From NCBI GenBank assembly GCA_043228905.1, contig JBHGNT010000009.1:11160001-11224000 (forward strand): a DNA stretch of 64,000 nt, in the 5' to 3' direction. Below, in pieces: positions 13,301 through 25,300 of this stretch. Made by a program: the position numbers and the translations under genes. The DNA is from Azolla caroliniana (taxonomy: Eukaryota > Plantae > Polypodiophyta). Positions within the stretch are counted from its first letter, which is position 1. Each line of letters begins with the position of its first letter. The notes beneath the pieces are model-generated. The model was not told the origin of the DNA. It was given only the letters and a program-made list of their open reading frames with translations, and did no database searches.

Positions 13301-16300
13301 TACTACTACTTATGTCATGTTTTCTTCATATTCTCTAATATACGTTTTATGAGTTTTTGAACGTTTGATTATAATTTATAATGACATATTTTGATTCAAT
13401 CTCTATAGTTCATACTCATTTTTTTGTAAAGTTCTGAAGTGAGGAGGATAGAGATGTCTTGATACTTAAGAAGCATCCCAAAGGTATGCATGTGATACAA
13501 TGCAAATATTGCAACCATACTTATGTTGGTGGTTCACAATGGATTAGAGTCCACTTATTGGGATTGAGAGTGAATCAGTATATAATATAGACCATAGTCA
13601 ATCCAATCCAACTTGTCAATCCGATCCAACTTTGAGATGATTTACCATACACGTTTGATTGAATCATTCTCGAATGTGAATGCACATATGATACATATGG
13701 TTCATTCTATGGTTGGTAGGTAGTACAATGAAGGATGATGGCATGAAAATTCCTAATTGTGACATTAGAGTGGGGCCAAAAGACGAAACCTTGGAAGAAT
13801 GGAGTTTTAATGATGAAACCGTCAACACGAATTGGAATGTTGGTGTTGAGGCACTCCTGGCCATATCAAGAATTCTCATGATGCTAACAATGGTCGAGGA
13901 CTCCCTAATTATGATCCCAACACTGACCAAGATGATTACAGCGGCAGGTTTCTAATAAAACAGAAGGCAAAGTTTATGTAAGTGAGTACTAGCAAGGCCA
14001 ATGATGTATGGTGGACTTGAGTGTTGAGAATCAAGCTCAACTTGTGTGAACATGTGCTTATGAAGAAAAGCACAATGTGTGAAAAAGTGTGTGAGCATCC
14101 TTTATTGTAATCCATGTAGTTGTCAAGTGTGAATGTGGTCAAAGAATATCAGTTATTTTTATGATAGAATTGTACTAGAGTGGATATCTTGATTAGATTC
14201 CACCAACACATTTTATGCGGCAGTTCCTTGATTAGATTCCTATATGATATCCAGGGGCAACCTCCTCTTCCCCACTCACATGATTCACGCCCACATGAAT
14301 CAACCTTTTTTACTCCACAAAATGTAAGAAATGCCATTGATCGGCTACAATTTGGGAAGGCCCAGGATCATGATGAATTGGTGGGTGAGCACTTTATCTA
14401 TGCCCATGACACCTTGCTCCCATTGCTAACACACATCTTTAATAGAGCCATGTGTGAAGGTTTCCCTACTAGATGGACTCAGCATACCATTGTGCCAATC
14501 CTCAAAAGTGGAGAGCCCATGATGCCAAGCAACTACAGGACAATCATGATTGGCCATTATTTGGCTAAACTATATGGCTCGATTCTAGAATCAAAATTGA
14601 ATATATGGGCAGAGCTGAATGGCTGCCGTTCAGTTGAATAGGCCGGCTTTCGGAAGGGGTTCACAACATATTGACCCTCTAGGCCCTTATTAAGGAGGGT
14701 AGAGCCCATAATAAGAGGATTTATTGCTGCTTTGTGGATTTCCGAAAAGCCTTTTGACACCGTGCCACGTGCTCGGCTTATGTAGCGTCTAGAAGCCCTT
14801 GGTGTTCCTACAGATATGCAATGGGGAATCTATGCACTCTATGAATCCGTGTCAGGAAAAGTGCGGTCTTCCAAGGGTTTGTTAGAGGCGGTGGCTAGCA
14901 CAATCGGAGTGAAGCAAGGATGCCCACTATCACCCACTCTTTGCGGTCTCTATAGAGAGATTCGGGGGTTCGGGAGCACGCCTAGCAGGTATAGCTATAC
15001 AAATATTACTATATGCAGATGATATTGTGATGATTTCCGACTCTCTAGAGGGACTACAAAGACATCTAAATGCCTTAAAAATATTTTGTACGGAGAAAGG
15101 TTTGTGTGAGAAAAGCTGTTAATAGCAGCAGCGGAACAGTTGCTAGAACAAAATAGACACAGCCAAGCTGAGAGAAGGCTGTTAGACAGCAATAGGAAAA
15201 ATGGTTGCAAAGAGTAGAGACACAGCCAAAGAGTAGAGCTTGTTTGTAAGTAGCAACAAAAGTAAAAGTCTTTACAAAAGAAAGAAAGAAAGAAAGATAT
15301 AGTAACATCTTTTAAGAGGCCAAAATGGCCTATAAGACCAAACAAGAGATTACATCTCAAGTGTTGTCTCGTCTTTGAGAACAAAAGAAAAAGAAGAAGG
15401 AAGTAAATAATACTCTGAAAATATAAAAGTATATAAGATAAAAAGAGATGAGGGAATCTGGTTTTCAGCACATGTGAGATTCTCAAGTTAGATATATTGT
15501 AGCTTTTGTCTTCGAAAGATCTCTAGCATAGGTCGATCCAGAATGGAGATGTCTCTGAAGCGAGGGAACCACCTACGATGGCGGGAGATATTAGCTTTTA
15601 TCAGTCAATGACAAGGGTGTCGAGGTCGTGGTCCATGGGGTCGGGGCCTACGTGCACGGCAAATTGCTATTGCCCGATCAATTGTAACCCCTTTGTTATG
15701 TCTTGGTCGGGAGCCCATTTGTGTATCCCGTGATTGACTTGTAGCATTGGGAGTGATGGGGCTAAAGAAAGTTGTGATTGTTCTTTGTGGATGAGCTTGT
15801 GTGGCTGTATTCTTCGACAACTTTTCCCGATGTCTCTTGAGCTCTAGCAAGAAAAGTCCTAGGCATCGTTGGTCATATTCCATTACCTTGTCTAGTGGGC
15901 CAAAGGCTTGTGTAAAGAGGCAATGGTATCTCCCTCTGATTTCATAAAAGACACTACCGTAAGAAACATAGTGTTCTTCCGATTCCACTCCTTGATGACA
16001 CAATAGGCAAATTCTCTCTTCTAGAGGTAGTCGTGTATATCTGCCTACCTCAATCTGTAACTGATGTGATGAAGTTCGCAGCTGCCCTATCACAGTACGC
16101 AGCGCATAGGATAGATGTATGTCCATATAAGGTGGCTTGATGATGAATCCATCCTCCGACGTGTGTAAGAAGTGTGTCTTATAGTGGGCCATCTTTGTAC
16201 CAAGTGATATTTTGGGGCTGATCCATGTTATCTTGTTTTCCAAGTTAATAATATCAGTTCGGATCACTCTATTCTTTTTCACTTTGGTCATATTTAGATG

Positions 16301-19300
16301 GGGACAGTCCAAGCTATATTGGAATGGGGGTAGATGGGGACAGTCACAAGTAAAGCCGATATGTGGTATTTGATGAGGTGATATCATGTTATGGCCCGGC
16401 ATCAGTGACCATCGTCGTGTTTGAAACAAGCAGATCTGGAGCAGATTCTGAGAGTGAAGAAGAAGAGATGCCGACGACCATTATGGGTGGAGAACCAGCA
16501 GAGAGTCTGCCCGCAATCCAGCTGACTGGACCTGAAATGTCATCCAGCAATCAGAGTCTTGCATGGCATGAAGAAACCTCTGATGTGGTGTCACCATGGT
16601 GCTACATCTGCAGAAAGAATGAAAAAGGCAAGATGCCTGAGCAAGAGGCCAAGGACACGACATCCGATGAAGACTCAGATCATTCACCTAGATCGGTCTA
16701 CAACAAGTATGAAATGAAGAAGGCCCCAGAGGGGACCAAAGGAAAACTCTGTCAATCGAACCGACAAAAGAACCTGATAGTTAGGTTCGGGTGCAATGAG
16801 TACATGGCGCACCACTATGCATTCATGATGAAGGTCGCAGCAAGCCAAGAACCCGAGACTTACAAAGAAACTGCCTAGGATCCCTGTTGGATCGAGACAA
16901 TGAGGGAGAAGATGTGCGATTTGTTTGACAACGATACTTGGGATTTAGTCCCATCCTGTGGAATGAAGAAAAAGCCAATTGGTTGCAGTTGGGTGTTCAA
17001 AGTAAAGCATAATACGGATGGCACGGTCAATCGGTTCAAGGCTCCGCTAGTTGCCAAAGGGTATGCTCAAACCCATGACATAGACTATGAGGAAACATTT
17101 GCCCTGGTGGCAAAAATGACCACTGTGAGGATGGTAATTGCACTCGCAACAACGAAAGAATGGCACTTGCATCAAATGGATATGAGGAACACATTCATCC
17201 AAGGTGAGCTCGAGGAGGAAGTTTACATGATGCAACCACTTGGCTTCGAATCGAGCAAACATCCACATGTAGTTTGCCGATTGAAGAAGCCGCTCTATGG
17301 ACTGAAGCAAACCTCAAGAGCATGGCATTCAAAGATCACATCATATCTTCACGACATTGTCTTTCGGACGTCAAAATCTGATAACTCGTCGTATATCTGG
17401 AACAATCCCAAAAGCCCCGTCTTCTTAATCTTGTATGTCGATAACCTTGTCATCGGTGGAGAAAGCCTCACTAAGACATAAAAGATTAAAAAGCTGCTTT
17501 TAGAGAAGTTTGAGATGAAGGATCTGAATGACTTACATTATTTTCTTGGCATCGAGGTCATTCAAACTCTAGAAGGGTTTCTACTCTCATAACGACACTA
17601 TGTGTTGAACTTGCTCTACAAGTTCGGAATTACCGAGTATAAGTCCATCTCCACAGCCTTTGATCGAAATATGAAGCTAACTGCAGATTTTGGCAAATTC
17701 TGCGAGCCGACACAATATTGCCAAATAATCGGGCGTCTTATCTAGTTAACTATCACCCGACCAGACCTCAGCTATCCGGTTGGGCGTCTTAGCCAGTTCA
17801 TGCAAACCCCCCGCGACACTCCCATGGATTGTGCTAAGCGAGTGTTACATTATAGTAATGGAACGCTTGATTATAGTATCTTCTATAAGCGTGGAGTACC
17901 ACTTCGACAACACACTTTATTGTAATATGTGTAGTTGTCAAGTGTTAATGTGGTCAAAGAATATTAGATATTCTTATGACAAAATCGTACCCAAGTGGAT
18001 ATCTTGGTTAGATTCCACCAACACATTTGATATGGCAATCCCTTGACGACTTGTATATAAAACTCCTTTGCCCATTCTGTTTTGCTGATGATCTTTAGTT
18101 AATTAATATAGCTCTCTTCGGTGCATAAGCTATCATTCCCCTGCTGTGTATTTTCTTATTCTTTTCTTGTTATTCTCTCTGATTTCTTCTCTTTCTTATA
18201 CTCCCACTCTCTCTCTCTGGATCGACCTATGCTAGAGATCTTTCGAAGAAAAAAGCTACAATATACCTAACTTGAGGATCTCACATGTGCCAAAAACCAG
18301 ATTCCCTCATTTCTTTTCTTTTCATGTTATTTACTTTTATATTTACTGTGTAATATTTATTTTATTTTGATTTGTTCTCAAAGACGAGACAACACTTAAG
18401 ATGTAATCTCTTATTTGGTCTTATAGGCCATTTTGGCCTCTTAAAAGACGTTAATATATCTTTCTTTCTTTCTCTCTCTCTCTCTCACACACACACAACG
18501 CTTCTGAATACTCAACTCTACTAGAGTTAGATTCATTACAACTTCCAAAACGGAGCTATCAAAGTAGACTCGATAACCTTGCTTAGTGATTCAGTAGGCT
18601 GGCAGAGATGCGAGGCACATGTAGCACATCTTGAAAAACGGCATGTTTGTCATTTGAAGAAGTGTTAAGAAACACATTACCCACACATGAAGCATCAATG
18701 CTTGAGGCATCTCCTATGGAGATTTGGGAGGAGCTAGGCTTCACATCATGCAAAATGGATTTTTCATAAGTCATGTGTGCAGTGGCACCACTGTCTACTA
18801 ACCACTCATCAATGGTTAAGGTAGTTGTTCTAGCCAAATGTGAAGAATGCTCCTCAATGCCCGGGAAAACTGTTTCTTTGGCTGAGTGGACTGAGTTTGA
18901 TTGTGGTGTAGGTTGACTTTCGGTAGAAGAAGATTTCTTGGCATTGTCCCTTTTCTTTTTCCGACAGTCGGGCTGAATGTGACCTTTGTAGCCACAATAA
19001 TGACAGGTGAGCTCCTTGTAGGCTGGGTTGTTTGGTGGTCTTGGATTGGGTTTGTTGTAGGAGTTGCCATTTTGCTTCCAGTTGCCTTTACTTTTTGCAT
19101 GTAGAAATGTCTCATTGGAAGTTTGAGCACTTTTCTTCCTTGTTTCCCTGTCTTGTAGCATGCCAAGAAATGTATTCATGTCAGGTGTGTTGGGAAGAAG
19201 AGAAATTGTGTCACAAAAGGCTGAGAATGACTCAGGCAACTTTATCATTAGACGATGCACAAACTCAGCTTCAGTTGACTTGTTTCCCAAAGAAACTAGT

Positions 19301-22300
19301 TCCTTTTGGAGAGTAACAATTTGCGTTATTTCATCCATGATGTTGGGAGTGTCATGAATCTTGAGATTTGCTAGTTGGGTCTCAATAGCTATCATTTGGG
19401 CATGATTAGCTCGATGATACCGCTTTTTGATGGCTGCCCATAGTTCATGGGCTGTCTCTTCATTTGTATCTTGAAATTGACGAGTGATGCTCGATTTAAT
19501 ATTAAACATGATGAAAGCATGATCACGAGAATCCTTATCACGTGAAGGACAAGAATCCTTTTGAAAAAAGTATCTTTTCTTGACCTTTTATCATAATACT
19601 TCTTCCTCCTCCAAGCCTGTTGTATATAATGTTCTACTGCTTCCTCCCTTGAATATTGTAGAATATGGTTTTGTGACAACCTATCCATCACGAAGCATTC
19701 TTCATCACGTAGAGATGCTACTAAGAGTTGATTGCTTCTAACTTGAAGTTCAATCGGAAATAAAGCTTCTTGTCCATACACTAAGAAGAAAGGTGTAAAA
19801 CTTGTAGATGACTTATATGATATACGATATGCCCATAGAGCATCATCAAGGAACTTATTCCATGTTCTTATTCTATTTGTTACAAGTTTTTGAAGATTTT
19901 TAACCAAAATACCATTTACCTTCTCGACTGCACCATTAGCTTGAGGATAATTGGGAGTAGAATACCTATGTTTGATCTTTAACCTTTCTAATAAGCAAGC
20001 CAACACTTCACCACGAAAACTTGGACCGTGAACAGATACAATCTCTAGCGGTACACCAAATCTTGTACAAATATTATAGTAGATGAATTGAGCCACATCC
20101 CTTGCTTTAATCGAGGATGTTGCCGTTGCTTCTACCCACTTAGTCATGTAATCAGTAGCTACCAATATGAACTCTTTACCACTTTGGGTTCTTGGAAGGG
20201 GACCCACCGCATCAATTCCCCATTTTTCAAAGGGAGCAAAAACCACGATTGGATGCCAAGGGCCCGCTTGAAGATGTCTCCTTCCTGCCTTGTGACAAGC
20301 ATCACACGACTTGCACCATTCATGAATATCTTTATGGATAAAAGGCCATGTAAAACCTGTAAATAAATTTTTTCTCAACATGATATCATGAGAAAAATGC
20401 CCTCCACGAGCCTCCTGATGCATCTTTTGTAGGATCTCCACAATTTCCTCCTTAATAGGCACTCGTCGAAAAACACCATCTTTGCCTTTATGATATAAGT
20501 CCTTATCCACCATCATATATTAGATGCTCTCACTACCAATCATTTTCTTTGTGTAGGATTTAACCCTTTCGGAAAATCACCACTGTTAAGAAACTCATAT
20601 ACCTCCATAAGAGATGTTGCATCTTTACACTCTTCCAAAACGCATATTGTCTCAAGTTGCAATTTCTTTAATTGATCTTGAGCAAGTGCATCAACCTCTT
20701 TATTGTTCTAACGACTTACATGTTTTAGTTGAACTTTATGGAAACACTTAATTAAAGTCAGTGCCTCCTTAAAAAACGTACATAAGCCATCACTTTGACA
20801 TTTCCACACTCCTTGAATTTGTTTGATAACCAAAAGAGAATCACCTTTTATGATCAATCTTTTAATATCTTGTACCTTACAAATTCAAAGGCTATAGCAC
20901 AAAATGGCATACTCTGCTTCATTGTTGGGATTGGCGATGGATAAAACAATACCTTCCATGTGCACGATCTCTCCATTAGGGTCTTTAATAACGAAGCCTC
21001 CAACCGCCGAATGTGTCGCTTTACGAAAAGCTCCATCAAAGAATAATGTGAAAGCATCCTCCATATTTGGTTAAGGAAGAGCTTCTCTTATCTTTGCCAA
21101 TTCCTCCTCACGAAGGTTTAGGGTTTAGGGTTTAGGTACCAATCGGAGCCAAGAAAGCCCTCATCTTTGCAAATGAAAAGCTCCGCCGATCCACTCGTGA
21201 AAAGAACCCCGTAAGCCGATTCGGCTACAACGATTACATGGCGTACCATTATGCCTTTATGATGAAGGTAGCGACAGTACGGGAGCCGGAAACCTTTTCG
21301 GAAGTTGCGAAGGACCCGCGATGGATCGAAGCAATGAACGAGGAGATGCAGGCACTACGGAAGAACGAGACGTGGGATCTCGTTCCCAACTCACCACACA
21401 AAAAGGCGATCGGATGCAGATGGATCTACAAGGTGAAGTATAACGCCGATGGCTCTGTAAACTGCTACAAAGCTCGACTCAAAGCGAAAGGATACGCTTA
21501 GACGCAAGGCGTCGACTACGAAGAGATCTTTGCCCCGGTGGCAAAGATGACGATGGTACGGACCGTAATTGCGATTGCCGCGACGAAAGGGTGGCACCTC
21601 CATCAAATGGACGTCAAGAACGCCTTTCTACAAGGAGAATTAGAAGAGGTGTACATGATCCAACCACCCGACTTTAACTCGAGCACTCATCCAAAAGCCG
21701 TATGCCGACTCAAGAAGCCACTCTACAGCCTCAAGCAAGCACCGCGTGCTTGGCATTCGAAGATAACGCAATATCTTTATCAAATCGGCTTCTGTATGTC
21801 AAAATCGGACAACTCCCTCTACATACGAAGCGATTCCGCAAGTCCGATCGTTATCATTTTATATGTGGATGACCTAGTCATTGGAGGTGGGCATCTCGTC
21901 GAAATCAATAAAGTCAAATCTCTCCTTTCCGACAAGTTCGAGATGACGGACATGAAGGAGCTCCACTACTTCCTTGGCATCGAGGTAATTCGGACTCCGG
22001 CCGGAATCATGATCTCTCAACGGCACTACATCCTCAACTTGTTATACAAGTTCGGGATGGCTGAGTGCAAATCCGTGGCAACCCCGCTCGATCGTAATCT
22101 CAAACTAGATGCGAACTCCGGCACCAAAGTGTGTGAGCCGACTCAGTATCGGCAACTCATCGGGAGTCTCATCTACCTCACGATCACACGACCCGATCTC
22201 AGTTATCCGGTCGGTCTCCTTAGCCAATTCATGCAAACACCGCGTGATACTCACTTGGATTGCGGCATCCTCTACAAGACCGCAATGGCAATACGACTCA

Positions 22301-25300
22301 AGGGGTACACAGACGCTAATTGGGCCGGCTACAAAGTCGATAGAAGATCAACCTCCGGATTTGTTTTCTCCCTCAGTAGCGGAGCAATATCCTGGAGTAG
22401 CAAGAAGGAGCCTACCGTCGCTCTTTCGAGTACGGAGGCGGAATACAAGGGCGCAGCCGTAGCTGCATGTGAAGCCGTATGGCTCAAGAGGATTTTGAAG
22501 GATCTGGGCGTACCCATCAAGGATCCGACTTCCCTTTATTGCGACAACATGAGTAGTATCTATTTGGCTCGGAACCCGGTGTTCCACGCGCGGACAAAGC
22601 ACATCGAAGTGCACTATCACTTCATCCGAGAGCACGTTCTAGCTGGCGATGTCGACCTACAACACATTAGCACCAATCTTCAAACGGCCGACATCTTCAC
22701 TAAAGCCTTAGGAGCCGACAAGCTATGGCAATTCATGACCGATCTCGGATTGACGATCCCTGACCTGCCAAGCTTGAGGGGGAGTACTGAAGACACTACA
22801 CAATAACGCGTAGATTCCGCAACCGTGCACTACGCAATAACGTGTGGATTCCGCAACCACGCAACAAAGCCACGAAGAAAGACGCAAGCCGAAGCACAAA
22901 CTTCGCAACTACGCACGCAAGCCGAAGCATTGACTTCGTAACTACGCACAATGCAAGCTGGAGCACGGATTCCGCAACTCCGCATACATGCGAGTCGACA
23001 TGAGTCGACGCGGACTCCAGAACGCGAGTTGAAGCGGATTTCGGATACCGTCTGAAACCAACCCGACTTGAGCTTGAGGGGGCGTGTTGAGAATCAAGCT
23101 CAACTTGGTCTAGTGTGTGAACTCACCTTGAGAGTGAAGAGACACTCCAACGGTCAAGAGTCACCATTATGTCACCACTTTGTATTCTAGCATTTAGTAT
23201 GAGTCATAGAATCATATTCTATGACACATAACTTATGAGCTTTCACATTCCCCATGCTCCATGAGGCTTGTAGTTAATGAAGAGAGAGGGTGACTACATA
23301 AAGCACCCTCCTCCCACCTTGTAATATGTTGAGTCTTTCTCCTTTGTCAATATACTTTTACATTGCGTATTCCTTGTCTCTCACTCACTCTCTCTCTCTC
23401 TCTCTCATACACACACATAACTCATATCTCTTCTGCTTCACAAGAATCCATCTCTTGATTCTTTACAAGGTTTTAATGGTTTTTAAAATTTTAAAAAAAA
23501 GTAATTTTTTCATTTTTAAGCGATTCTCACATTTTAGGAAAATCTTTAAAATTTTGAAAAATTAGAATTTAAAATGATGAAAAATTTTAAAATTTGAATT
23601 TTGACCTATGTTGAAAACGGAAACTGAACCATGAGACCGCGGTTTTAATGGTTTAACGGTTTGGTTTAAAAGGTTTCTGTTCAAATGGTTTTGTGGTTTG
23701 GTTTGGTTCGGTTCAAGTTTCAAAATTTTAAACAGTTCGGTTTCAAACTGGTTTGGTTTTGACACTCTCAAACTGAACGGAACCGTTGCCGATTGTTACT
23801 GGACAGGCAGGCTTTCGGAAGGTGTTCACAACTTTGGATCACATATTGACCCTCCGAGCCCTTATCGAGGAGGGTAGAGCCCATAATAAGAGGATTTATT
23901 GGTGCTTTGTGGATTTCTGAAAAGCCTTTGACACTATGCCACGTGCTCGGCTTATGGAATGGCTAGAAACCCTTGGTGTTCCTATAGAGATGCTATGGGG
24001 AATCTATGCACTCTATTAATCCGTGTCGGGAATAGTGCGGTCTTCCAAGGGTTTGTTAGAGGCGGTGGCTACCACAATCGGACTGAAGCAAGGATGCCCA
24101 TTGTCACCCACTTTCTTTGGTCTCTATGTAGATCAGGTATAGCTATACAAATATTACTATATGCTGATGATATTATGCTGATTTCTGACTCTCCGGAGGG
24201 ACTACGAAGGCCTCTAAATTCCTTGAAGCTATTTTGTGTGAACAAAGGTTTGTCAATAAACACAGATAAAATTAAAATGATGGGTTTTAACACCACTCAA
24301 GCATGGGTAACAGGATCAGAACCGGAATTCTTCTTGGGAGAGGAAAAGGTGGAATACACATACTCATACACATACGTGGGAATAAAATTTACAAGGCCTA
24401 GGTTCTCCTTACGGGAGGCTGCTTGTGCCCGACTTTCTCGTGGATATACAGCCCTTGGTGCTCTCAAAAAGACAATGTGCACATTTGCAGCTCCAAAAGC
24501 CACGAACTAAGCTGTATTTATTTTATACACTTTTCACACCAACTCTTCTCTATGGAGTGGAAATGTGGGGACCGATTCTTAACAAGGCAAATCATTTGAA
24601 AGATTTAGAGAGACCTTTAGAGAGACCTTTGGAGTAGAGCATCAGTGCCCCACGATATAATCTGGGCAGAGATGGGAGCAGCACCTATAATCACCGAGGC
24701 ATTGTTCCGATTAGTGACATGTATCCAACGTCTTTGGAAGCTCCCTGAACAAAGGTACCCAAGGTTGGCACTTATGTCATCTAAACAACTGACTGAAAAT
24801 GGAGACATTCATTGTTGTGCTAAAATGCAGCAATGGTTCGAGTCACATGGCATGGGTATAAATGCACAACCCCCGTTCCAATATAGCTTGCACTCCCCCA
24901 TCTAAATATGAACAAAGTGGAAAAGAATAGAGTGATCCAGACTGATATTACTAACTTGGAAAACAAGATTACATGGATCAGCCCTAAAATATCACTTGGT
25001 ATAAAGATGGCCCAGTACAAGACACTTTTTACACACATTGGAGGATGGTTTCATCATCAGGCCACCTTATATGGACATACATCTATCCTATGCGTTGCTA
25101 TTTAATAGGGCAGCTGTGAACTTTATCATATCAATTTGAGATCGAGGTAGGCAGATATACACGAATACCTGTAGAAGAAAGGATTTGTAAATTGTTTCAT
25201 CAAGGAGTGGATTCCGAAGAACACTATGTTTTTCACTGTAGTGTCTTTTATGAAATCAGAGGGAGATACCATTGCCTCTTTAAATAAGGCTCTGGCCCGC

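Noticed and set aside
14240-16350. A single LINE with a twin-priming inversion
   Set aside because: The plus-strand RT piece lies on the tail side of the minus-strand piece, the wrong geometry; treated as two insertions
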